From a virus (lineage: Duplodnaviria; Heunggongvirae; Uroviricota; Caudoviricetes): a stretch of DNA of 23,822 bases. This document shows positions 1 through 7,921 of the stretch, piece by piece. The stretch's first letter is position 1. Each line of letters starts with the position of its first letter. The stretch spans positions 1 through 23,822 of IMG/VR virus record IMGVR_UViG_2671180283_000029; one strand, written 5' to 3'. A program made the position numbers and the translations under genes. Below the pieces are notes generated by a model, which searched no databases, was not told where the DNA came from, and saw nothing but the letters and a program-made list of their open reading frames with translations.

Positions 1-291
1 ATGACTCACACAGTTACACGCCTTTTGCCAGAGGCATTTGAACGACTGGCAGCAATCAAAGCCAAATACCCTGATATGAAGCATACGGCGCTTGTTGGAG
101 AGCTTTTAAAAGAGTCGGTAACCCTTACCCCTTTTGATAACGTTAAGGGCGTTGCAGAAGGTTCTAAGGCCATCAGAATCACAACGAACCAACTGGAACT
201 ACTCAAAGCACAGTCCGCAGTAGCAGGTTGCTCAATGATTCAAGTGTTAAGTACCAAGGTTCATCAACTGGCGGATAAATTGGGGGTTTAA
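1..291 (+). CDS. hypothetical protein; possibly ribbon-helix-helix-like DNA-binding protein; may be 5'-truncated by the window edge
   Basis: 96-aa ORF starting at window position 1; two segments (TRLLPEAFERLAAIKAK and KAIRITTNQLELLKAQSAVAGCSMIQVL) loosely resemble RHH repeats; no upstream sequence available to confirm the start. Confidence 0.35.
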   Translation: MTHTVTRLLPEAFERLAAIKAKYPDMKHTALVGELLKESVTLTPFDNVKGVAEGSKAIRITTNQLELLKAQSAVAGCSMIQVLSTKVHQLADKLGV

Positions 292-521
292 TGCTACCTA
301 GGTACAAATTTTATAAACTGGCATCACATCTAATCAGACAAGATACCCGCTCAAAAGAATATGAAGATGTTACGCTTGACCGTAACAAGAAAAGACTAAA
401 ACCACATCAAATTGAGCAGTTACGCCATGAATTAAAGTCACTGGATATCGAGCTTGATTATAGTGACCCGACTCAATTTAAACGGGCTTATGAACTCATT
501 AAGAATTGGGGGGAAGAATGA
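291..521 (+). CDS. hypothetical protein (76 aa)
   Basis: ORF in compact same-strand array; its stop overlaps the next ATG (ATGA at 518-521). Confidence 0.4.
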   Translation: MLPRYKFYKLASHLIRQDTRSKEYEDVTLDRNKKRLKPHQIEQLRHELKSLDIELDYSDPTQFKRAYELIKNWGEE

Positions 522-727
522 AGAAAGTATTCACCCTCAAACTTAAAACAGATAAAGCCTTCAAATATTTTCGAAATCTAATTGATGTACATAATGGATG
601 GGGTGACATTGATAATGATGACATCTATCTGATTATGCAATCCCCATCTTTCACGTTAAAAACCTCAGTAACAAAAAGCTGGTTTAGCCAATTTCATAGT
701 GAGATGGGTTTAATAGTCTCAGACTAA
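518..727 (+). CDS. hypothetical protein (69 aa)
   Basis: ATG at 518 preceded by GGGGGAAG SD; the track start at 506 is TTG; translationally coupled to the upstream ORF. Confidence 0.45.
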   Translation: MKKVFTLKLKTDKAFKYFRNLIDVHNGWGDIDNDDIYLIMQSPSFTLKTSVTKSWFSQFHSEMGLIVSD

Positions 728-894
728 AGGCAAAAAACGGTTTTACCCACTCTCAGACGCTCTCAATCGCATTCTAACGCAAAAAACCATCTTATTTTAG
801 GGTATGTTACACCCCTACAGGCTACCCCTGAAAAAGACTGTTTAGCTCGTTACAGAGCGATTGAGGAGGTCTGGTAAAAAGGAGATTTTAGGAA

Positions 895-1191
895 ATGAAC
901 AATTACCCAATGCAAGTTATGGTTGACCAAGAAACTATGAATTGGCTTAATGACCTGAACAGGTCGGGATTTAATATCTATTTCATGCATTGTTTTGAAG
1001 CATCAACGTATATTGACAAGCATATAATCAACGAAATTAAACTTGGTGACTTTGTTCACAAACTGGAAGTAACAGACCCAGACTACAAGAGATTTATCAC
1101 AAGCGAATGCAACCGACTTGATTTAAGCCCGGAGCAATTATTGAAGCTGAATGTATTCTTGACATTAAACCCTTACAGTGAGGTGATGTAA
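895..1191 (+). CDS. hypothetical protein (98 aa)
   Basis: ORF with AAGGAG SD 8 nt upstream of the ATG. Confidence 0.5.
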   Translation: MNNYPMQVMVDQETMNWLNDLNRSGFNIYFMHCFEASTYIDKHIINEIKLGDFVHKLEVTDPDYKRFITSECNRLDLSPEQLLKLNVFLTLNPYSEVM

Positions 1192-1268
1192 TGACGCTCG
1201 TTATTTTATGGACAGCTTTAGGTTTATTATGTGGTTGCCTGATTGCTAACGCAGCTAACAGAAATTGA
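1191..1268 (+). CDS. possible small hydrophobic peptide (25 aa, MTLVILWTALGLLCGCLIANAANRN)
   Basis: ATG at 1191 overlaps the last base of the upstream TAA stop; strongly hydrophobic; below the ORF-track size cutoff; could be spurious. Confidence 0.25.
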   Translation: MTLVILWTALGLLCGCLIANAANRN

Positions 1269-1292
1269 TGTTATCAGATTGTTAAAAAGCTG

Positions 1293-1321
1293 TTGACAAA
1301 TAACCTTAAGCATGACATAAT
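1293..1321 (+). promoter_or_regulatory. near-consensus sigma70-type promoter
   Basis: TTGACA at 1293-1298, 17-nt spacer, CATAAT at 1316-1321, reading rightward into a ~380-nt non-coding leader. Confidence 0.5.
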
Positions 1322-1490
1322 TTTAATTATAGGGAAGAGCAATTCTTCCTAAAATCATATTTTCAATAATCCGATGGATGGATATTCTGAGTTGGAAAGG
1401 TGCAATGCTTTTCGTCATGGCCTTTCAGTTTAGTCTGAGAGGCTATCTCAAAAAGTCTTTGTTCATTCGTTATTGAATCCTTACAGCTTT

Positions 1491-1520
1491 GCCCTAATCA
1501 TGAGTTAGGGCGTTTTCTTT
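1491..1520 (+). terminator. intrinsic terminator-like hairpin in leader
   Basis: GCCCTAA / TTAGGGC 7-bp stem, 7-nt loop, followed by GTTTTCTTT. Confidence 0.4.
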
Positions 1521-1581
1521 AAGAGTTTTAAGCAGAGCTTTTAAAGAAAGTTTTTCCTGAAACTTCGTTAACGTAACCTCC

Positions 1582-1617
1582 AAAGCCCTTCACAGATTAT
1601 GTTTAGGGCTTTTCTTA
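1582..1617 (+). terminator. second hairpin with T-rich tail in leader (terminator or attenuator)
   Basis: AAAGCCCT / AGGGCTTT 8-bp stem with 15-nt loop followed by TCTT; weaker than the first hairpin. Confidence 0.3.
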
Positions 1618-1711
1618 ATAGAGCATCTTTAATCAATCGTTAAGTCATCTTCTAAGTGTATTGGCGTTGAAGGTGCTCTATTAAGAAATAACCACTTAGA
1701 GGAAAATTATA

Positions 1712-2422
1712 ATGACAAACGATTTATATATTAACGGCAGAAAGATTGATAGCTTCGGGGACTGGTCACCACAGACTGAACATCCAGCTATCGCTATTCA
1801 GCGTAAAGAACACGATGAAAGAATTAAGCTTGAGCAAGAAATCCGAATGTCACCAAAGGAAATTACCTTTGTGGCTCCTGAGCCTCAAGAAATGCCTGAT
1901 ATCTGCAAAAGTGAAGCACTATTTAATCTTGAGCGTGAATATTACCCACAGTTAAAAGAACAGCGCCTTAGACTAGATGACGCTTACAGCAAAGTTACCC
2001 TGATGCAATCAGCTATTGAGCCGTCAGAATTTGAGATTCAGGATGAATTGTCACAGAAACCATTTGTCTATTACCAATACGAAGACAATGATGGTTTTGG
2101 TATTTATCCAGAAAACATCCCAGCCGCGATTAGTAGTCTTCCTGAGGGACATCGAATTGTGAAGATGGTTAAGGCATCAAGAGGTGCTGGTCAGTTTATT
2201 TACATGACCAATAAGAGCGATGAAGAACTCTGTGAACTTGCCAGGCAGAACATCTTGGCATCACGTAACAAGCAACTTGAAAATGTTAAGTTGTGTCTCT
2301 TAAGAGAGCTTCAGGCTATGAAAGACCTTATTTCTGCATATGAAACGCAGAAGAAGATTGCTATGCAGGCTGATATTGAGCAGTTAGTGAAGATTTCAAC
2401 GAAGTACGCAAAGGTGCTTTAA
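1712..2422 (+). CDS. hypothetical protein (236 aa), acidic with a coiled-coil-like C-terminus
   Basis: ORF with GAGGAAA SD upstream of the ATG; no recognisable motif. Confidence 0.55.
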   Translation: MTNDLYINGRKIDSFGDWSPQTEHPAIAIQRKEHDERIKLEQEIRMSPKEITFVAPEPQEMPDICKSEALFNLEREYYPQLKEQRLRLDDAYSKVTLMQSAIEPSEFEIQDELSQKPFVYYQYEDNDGFGIYPENIPAAISSLPEGHRIVKMVKASRGAGQFIYMTNKSDEELCELARQNILASRNKQLENVKLCLLRELQAMKDLISAYETQKKIAMQADIEQLVKISTKYAKVL

Positions 2423-2445
2423 CTATGAATTAAAAGAGGTGATTA

Positions 2446-2655
2446 ATGTTTGAAGAACGTTTAGAGACTATTCGGTCTGTTTGTGAAAACTTAAAGTTAC
2501 AAGCCAATCCAGCCTTAAGAATTAAAAACAAACGTCAAGTTATCACCTCACACAAACCAAAAACACGCAAGATTCCAAAGTGGTGTATCGACCGTATCCC
2601 TTCTGATGCCCAAATCATAGGTGAAACGGAATTACATTATCTTGTCAGACATTAA
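2446..2655 (+). CDS. hypothetical basic protein (69 aa)
   Basis: ORF with AGAGGTG SD 4 nt upstream of the ATG. Confidence 0.4.
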   Translation: MFEERLETIRSVCENLKLQANPALRIKNKRQVITSHKPKTRKIPKWCIDRIPSDAQIIGETELHYLVRH

Positions 2656-2733
2656 AAAAGAATTGGTTGGGTAAAAATCTACGGGAGAGATTATCGAGTG
2701 ACATCGGTAGTTTCTCCCTTTTTTGTATATGTG

Positions 2734-2797
2734 CTACGTGAAATCTGTAAAGCTAATACCCACACTGAATAATAGAATTTACGTAGCTCACGCTTAA
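2734..2797. repeat. conserved 64-bp intergenic element, copy A (CTACGTGAA-N11-TAATACCCACAC-N15-ACGTAGCTCACGCTTAA)
   Basis: Three conserved blocks with identical 11- and 15-nt spacings, matched by copy B at 4979-5042; lies directly upstream of the 2816 gene. Confidence 0.6.
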
Positions 2798-2815
2798 AGA
2801 GGTGAAATATGAACA

Positions 2816-4966
2816 ATGGCACAGTTTAAAGTTGATGATTTTCTGATTGAGTTAAGTTTTAACTCTCAGAAAGTTTTAAAAGGCTTGGAAAAAGCCGAGA
2901 AACAAACGATGCAAATCGCATCAAGAATTGAGAAACGACTAAATAAGGCATTCAGAGTTAACCCTACGCCTTTAAATGATTCTCTCAAACTAATGGAAAA
3001 GAATGTCGATAAAACTGTTTCCAAGATTGAGCAGCGTCTTAAAAACACTAGAGCGTTTAAGATTAAAACGGAAATTGATGACACTTTAAAGCCACTTAGA
3101 CAACCAAGACAGCCACGAATTAGCGGCAACAGAGCAATCACAGCGGCTTACTCAGCTAATATGTCTAAGCTAAAAGGCTTTGACCCTATTTTGCAGAAAT
3201 ACATCAAATCTCAGTTTTACGGGCTATCTGCTAAAGCTGGGTCAATGGATTCTTCAAAATTCAATGAGAAGCTGACTCAGTTAAATGCTTCAGTCAGAGA
3301 AGCAATTGCTAAAGCTAAAGGTCATACATCCACCAGCATTAACAATACAAGCGACGCATTTAATAATCTTGCAAGCAATGCAATCAAGTTATCTGGTGCA
3401 TTTTACTCTGTGATGGGTGCTCTTAACGCTTACAAGGCCATCATGAATGCAGGTCTTAAACGAGATTCCGCACAGAGAGCCGCTAAGTTTGTACTTGGTG
3501 ATAAAGCATCTGAGGCTGAAACATTTATCAGGGGACTGGCTGACAAGACAGGTCTTAATATCTCTGAAGGGCTATCAAGCTACGCTAAGTTTGCAGCAGG
3601 TGCTCAGGGTTCTATGTCACAGGAACAGACACAGGAGCTATTTGGTAATGCAACGGCTATGAGTCGCTTAATGGGGCTTTCTAACGATGAGCTAAACGGC
3701 ATTTTGAAAGCATTTGAGCAGATGGCTTCTAAGGGCAAGATTCAGGCTGAAGAGCTTCGTGGGCAGTTAGGTGACCGTATGGCAGGGGCATTTAAGCTAT
3801 TCGCTGAAGCATTGGGTATGACTGCTACAGAGCTTGATAAAGCGATGAAAGACGGGAAGATTTTAAGTAGTGATACTCTCCCTAAAGTCGCTAAACAGAT
3901 GGGCTTGATGATTGATAAAGCGGGTGGCTGGGCTGAAGTCGCTAAGAGCACTCAGACAGCTTTAGGGAAACTGGCTAACAACTGGGATGATACGATGGTG
4001 AAAATCTTCTCAGGTTCACAGGATGAGTTAAACGGCTTCTTATCCAGCATGAGTAGCTTGCTTAGTGAAATGGGTATGAGTTCTTCTATCGCTGGTGATG
4101 CTATCGGTGGACTTATCGACATGCTTAAAGCTGGTGTAGATGACATCCGTATCTTTAACAATCACCTTGAAGGCTGGATTCTACAGATTAAGAAGACCTA
4201 TTACAGCCTTGATGACACTAAACGAAAACTACTTGATGAAGTCGGTGATGGTTTTATCAATTTTGTCAAAGGTCTTGCTATAGCGTTATCTGCAAAGACG
4301 CTATTCAGTGCTACTACAGGGGTTATGAACCTGACAAGAGCAATCACAACGTTAGGTACAAGAGCTAATCAGGTGGCTGGTCAGGTAGCTACTGGTAAAG
4401 GTGTAGCTGGTGGTGTAGGTAGTGCTCTTGCAATTGGTTATGCTGATGACGGTTATGAAACAGCGTTAGCATTAGCTTCAATGATTCCACAAATCAGAGG
4501 CGTCACTCTTGGTTTATATGCATTGAAGAAAGCACTGGATTTTATGAATCAGGAAGTAGTCAAAAACGCTAATATGCATCCATCTGGGGTAGGTGTGGGT
4601 AGTGACTTTAATCCTGTGTATTCTGGTGACCCTAATAAACCGAATATGATTAACGAAGGATGGGGTAGAATTTTTAGTTCAATGGGTGAATTGTTTAACA
4701 ATGCCACAATGAATATTGCAAGATTCAATCATCCAGAATTAATTACCATGAAACAAGATGCATCATTAACGAGCACTGACATCCAAAATCTAAGAGATGA
4801 AATTAGTGCTTTAAGTAAGCGTATTCAGGAGCCTGTGAAAGTTTCACTTGGTGGTGAAGTTGCCATTAAACCAGATGAAACCAGCTTTATGACCTTTAGC
4901 AGTAATATCTACGACCAATATGCAGAAGCTACGTTATTAAGTTCATCATTCCCAGAAGATGATTGA
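2816..4966 (+). CDS. phage tail tape-measure-like protein (716 aa)
   Basis: Motif GKIQAEELRGQLGDRMAGAFKLFAEALGMTATELDKAMKDGKILSSDTLPKVAKQMG resembles the conserved tape-measure domain; helical N-terminus and Gly/Ala-rich hydrophobic segments (about residues 480-560), typical of TMPs. Confidence 0.7.
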   Translation: MAQFKVDDFLIELSFNSQKVLKGLEKAEKQTMQIASRIEKRLNKAFRVNPTPLNDSLKLMEKNVDKTVSKIEQRLKNTRAFKIKTEIDDTLKPLRQPRQPRISGNRAITAAYSANMSKLKGFDPILQKYIKSQFYGLSAKAGSMDSSKFNEKLTQLNASVREAIAKAKGHTSTSINNTSDAFNNLASNAIKLSGAFYSVMGALNAYKAIMNAGLKRDSAQRAAKFVLGDKASEAETFIRGLADKTGLNISEGLSSYAKFAAGAQGSMSQEQTQELFGNATAMSRLMGLSNDELNGILKAFEQMASKGKIQAEELRGQLGDRMAGAFKLFAEALGMTATELDKAMKDGKILSSDTLPKVAKQMGLMIDKAGGWAEVAKSTQTALGKLANNWDDTMVKIFSGSQDELNGFLSSMSSLLSEMGMSSSIAGDAIGGLIDMLKAGVDDIRIFNNHLEGWILQIKKTYYSLDDTKRKLLDEVGDGFINFVKGLAIALSAKTLFSATTGVMNLTRAITTLGTRANQVAGQVATGKGVAGGVGSALAIGYADDGYETALALASMIPQIRGVTLGLYALKKALDFMNQEVVKNANMHPSGVGVGSDFNPVYSGDPNKPNMINEGWGRIFSSMGELFNNATMNIARFNHPELITMKQDASLTSTDIQNLRDEISALSKRIQEPVKVSLGGEVAIKPDETSFMTFSSNIYDQYAEATLLSSSFPEDD

Positions 4967-4978
4967 TTTAACGGTGTT

Positions 4979-5042
4979 CTACGTGAATAAAGCAAAGTTA
5001 ATACCCACACCAAAAATTATTTTTCACGTAGCTCACGCTTAA
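4979..5042. repeat. conserved 64-bp intergenic element, copy B
   Basis: Same three blocks and same spacings as copy A; lies between the TMP-like gene stop and the 5123 gene. Confidence 0.6.
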
Positions 5043-5122
5043 CAGAGAAAATACATACATATCAAAGGTTTGGTTAAAAATGATTAAAATACACTAAGCC
5101 TTTGAAATCAAAGGAGAATTTA

Positions 5123-5911
5123 ATGATTTACTCTAATCAGATTCGTTACAGTGGCAAAGATGGCATCTATTTCCACTTAAGAGATAATGTAGATGCCTTC
5201 TTAACCTTATCAGCAACTGAGAACATGGAATTTGATAGCCCTATGCAGGTGACTACACAGAATATGCAATCGGGGCAAACCGTCACAGATAATGTGCAAA
5301 GAGCACCCAGAACAATCACTATTAGTGGTGTCGTTGTAGTTGGCTATGAAGGGAGCTTATTATTAACTCGTCAGGGTCAATTAGTAGAAAACTTCATCGA
5401 CACTCTGGAAAACTGGCGTGACCAGAAGCAAATTATTTCGGTCATCTGTAAAGATGGAATTAAAATTGATGATTCCATTATTACGAGTTTTAAAGCCTCT
5501 AAAGATGTTGGAATTTCAAATGGTCTAAGAATCCAGCTAACTTTTCAGGAAATTAACTTTAAAGCGATTGTAGGACAAACTGATATTTCAGCAGCAACTG
5601 GAAAGACCGCTACTACAAATGACGGTGGTGTGACCAGTAAGAAGAATGCAGGTAACGTGACCACTGAACGCAATAACGCGCCTATGCTATCGTGCAAAGA
5701 ATTAATGAATATTAGCGATGTATCCGGTTACGCTCCAGCTATCAGAAATGATATTCTCGATGCTCAGATTAAATGTAATAAGGCTTGGAAGCTGGACTAT
5801 TCAGACTTAACAGAAGCTGAAAAAACCAACGTCACCAATGCTAACAGTAACGCTGGTCGGGTAGCTTCAAAGCTTAAAAAGTACTCAGTGAATCCTAACA
5901 AAAAATACTAA
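5123..5911 (+). CDS. hypothetical protein (262 aa); position after the TMP-like gene suggests a tail-associated role, unproven
   Basis: ATG at 5123 with AAGGAG SD (track start at 5102 lacks an SD); Thr/Asn/Gly-rich C-terminal half; 3' end overlaps the convergent recombinase gene by 4 nt. Confidence 0.5.
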   Translation: MIYSNQIRYSGKDGIYFHLRDNVDAFLTLSATENMEFDSPMQVTTQNMQSGQTVTDNVQRAPRTITISGVVVVGYEGSLLLTRQGQLVENFIDTLENWRDQKQIISVICKDGIKIDDSIITSFKASKDVGISNGLRIQLTFQEINFKAIVGQTDISAATGKTATTNDGGVTSKKNAGNVTTERNNAPMLSCKELMNISDVSGYAPAIRNDILDAQIKCNKAWKLDYSDLTEAEKTNVTNANSNAGRVASKLKKYSVNPNKKY

Positions 5912-7431
5912 ATCTCTACTACATCAACATCTATTAAACCCCTCTCAGTGACTTCAGAAAGCGACTGTATAGCCTCTGTAACGTCCTCTGAGGGGTTTTC
6001 TGTTATTGATAGGGTGATTGACTTACTATTGTGAAAAGTCACTTTACAGCGACGTTTAGCAGTATTTAAAACGACCTCTTTAACAGCACTTTTGATTATC
6101 AGTTGTGCTTCAATCCTTCCCGCCTTTGTAGTCAAGTCACAATCGGACAAACAACCCACATCAATAGATTTAAGGCGTTGTGTCTCCTTCTCGATATCAG
6201 CATCAACCTGTGATAGCTCACCTTTTAACTGTTTTAGTTTGCTGGTAATAGCTGACAAATCTTCAATTTCAAGTGATAGCTGTACCAGCTTTTCAATATT
6301 GCTTGAGATGTGTTCACGGTGTAGCCTCAACATATCTATGGTATTCGTCGTATCGCTATCAAATCGGTCAAGACGAGATAGCAGAGTAAGCAATGTACCA
6401 TCGGTTTGCTTACGTGAAAGTCCTTTAGCACTACAACGGTTTTCATTACGAAGAGGACAACGATAAATCCCGCTTCTTGTATCGCTAAAGCCTGTGATAA
6501 TCAGAGCATGACCACATTCAGAACAACGGATAACACCTTTGAAAAGATTCACAGCCATTGGCTTATCTGAAGCAGGTTTTCTACCGTAACGAGCATATGA
6601 TAGTTGCTGGACTTTGTAGAATGTTGTTTCATCTATAATTGCAGGATAATAATCAGCTATCTCTTCACAGCCTTTAGGTGTGAAGTAACCAATTACAGAG
6701 CGATTTTTCAGAAGGTCTTGTACTGAGGTTTGACCAAATGAACCCGCTTTATATTGGTTAAGCGTCTGGTGACCTTCATCATTAAGAGTCCTGACAATCT
6801 CCCAGATAGACTTACCCTCTAACCGTAGCTGAAAGCACCTCTTCACAGTTTCTACCTTCTCAGGTATCACAGAGAAGCTTTTACGGTCATCATTAAGCTT
6901 AAGCCATGCAGGACAACGTTTAGAAATCTTGATACCTTCAGAGATGAGTTCTTTTTTACGGTTCCATGCAGCTTGTATACGCTCAGACTTCCTCAAACTC
7001 TCCTCATGCGACCGCTGCATTATCAGAATGCTTTTAATCAGAGCTAACGGGTCTTTAAGAGATTCTCGTGTGTAATGTTCACCATCGGACAAGGTGACTA
7101 CATCTACACCAGAGCGAAGAATGTTTCGTAATAGCTCACTTGCTCGGTCTACGTTCTGGCGTGACAAACGGTCAAGAGATTCTATCAAGAGCGTATCACC
7201 AGCTTTAACAAGCCCTTTCTCGATAGCGGTTAAGAAGTCACCTAAGCCACCTTTCAAGTGCTTACCAGTGAATCCACTCACACCTAAATCACGGAAGGAT
7301 AAATCTTGGTCAAGGTAGTACTCAGGATGAGCCTTAAGCCAATCAGTGACCATCTTAGATTGTCGGCGTAATGAATCACCTCGGGATTGCTTCTCAGATG
7401 AAAACCTGATGTAAGAAATGGCACGTTTCAT
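5908..7431 (-). CDS. large serine recombinase (serine integrase), 507 aa
   Basis: N-terminal resolvase-type catalytic domain (YIRFSSEKQ with candidate nucleophilic Ser, [11 protein letters not shown]), then recombinase domain, Cys-rich zinc-ribbon-like segment (CSECGH...[11 protein letters not shown]) and C-terminal coiled coil; GAGGTG SD; sits at the element edge next to the junction. Confidence 0.9.
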   Translation of the reverse strand: MKRAISYIRFSSEKQSRGDSLRRQSKMVTDWLKAHPEYYLDQDLSFRDLGVSGFTGKHLKGGLGDFLTAIEKGLVKAGDTLLIESLDRLSRQNVDRASELLRNILRSGVDVVTLSDGEHYTRESLKDPLALIKSILIMQRSHEESLRKSERIQAAWNRKKELISEGIKISKRCPAWLKLNDDRKSFSVIPEKVETVKRCFQLRLEGKSIWEIVRTLNDEGHQTLNQYKAGSFGQTSVQDLLKNRSVIGYFTPKGCEEIADYYPAIIDETTFYKVQQLSYARYGRKPASDKPMAVNLFKGVIRCSECGHALIITGFSDTRSGIYRCPLRNENRCSAKGLSRKQTDGTLLTLLSRLDRFDSDTTNTIDMLRLHREHISSNIEKLVQLSLEIEDLSAITSKLKQLKGELSQVDADIEKETQRLKSIDVGCLSDCDLTTKAGRIEAQLIIKSAVKEVVLNTAKRRCKVTFHNSKSITLSITENPSEDVTEAIQSLSEVTERGLIDVDVVEI

Positions 7432-7483
7432 TGTTCACCTCAAAACTGATGCCTAGATTGTATCGCTTTAGGTGGTGTATTTA

Positions 7484-7921
7484 AACGTGTCTAATAAAAA
7501 TCACCCGATTAACGCCGCGCTGATGTAAACCGCGATTAAGCGTTTGTTCCTCTTCCCCTTTGGCGAAAAACTGTGGATGGCGGACTTCCACACCATAATT
7601 AAATTCGCCAGGGAGAGAATCGAGAAAATGCCAAAGCGCAGGCAGCTCCCGTGGGCCGAATGTGGCAGGCAGTTGCAGCCAGTATTGCCCAATGCGCGGA
7701 GCCAACGGTGACATGCGGGTCAAAAATTCAGTCACTAAATCATCGCAATGTCGTAATGCTGCCTGATGCGAAATGGTCGCCGGAAACTTAAAACAGAAGC
7801 GGAAGTCATCTGTGGTCTGTTCACGCCAGCGCAGGACAACCTCGGGTTTCGGCAGGGCGTAAAGCGTGGTGTTGCCCTCCACGCAGTTAACATGACGGGT
7901 ATTAAGGATTAACTTACTGAT
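7484..7921 (-). pseudogene. yecE: internal fragment of a chromosomal DUF72-family gene (yecE-like), truncated at both ends
   Basis: Reading frame open from 7921 to 7484 with no credible start (track start is GTG); the protein matches my recollection of E. coli YecE across its central ~130 residues, with the C-terminal tail (IFIRHV) diverging near 7500 and the 5' end running into the integrase 3' end; GC visibly higher than the left element. Identity is from memory, not a search. Confidence 0.55.

Noticed and set aside
2866-4161. Minus-strand ORFs (2866-3141, 3742-3951, 3952-4161) and plus-strand ORF 3447-3662 inside the TMP-like gene
   Set aside because: They lie entirely within a long, well-supported coding frame, have no SD and are low-complexity translations; shadow ORFs.
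6092-7318. Plus-strand ORFs 6092-6466 and 7094-7318 opposite the serine recombinase
   Set aside because: Antisense to a high-confidence 507-aa gene with clear catalytic motifs; Ser/Arg-rich low-complexity translations typical of antisense frames.
7481-7882. Treating the track's 133-aa ORF as an intact gene
   Set aside because: The track start is GTG with the frame open further upstream into the integrase 3' end, and the C-terminus diverges into AT-rich sequence; it is an internal fragment, so annotated as a pseudogene.
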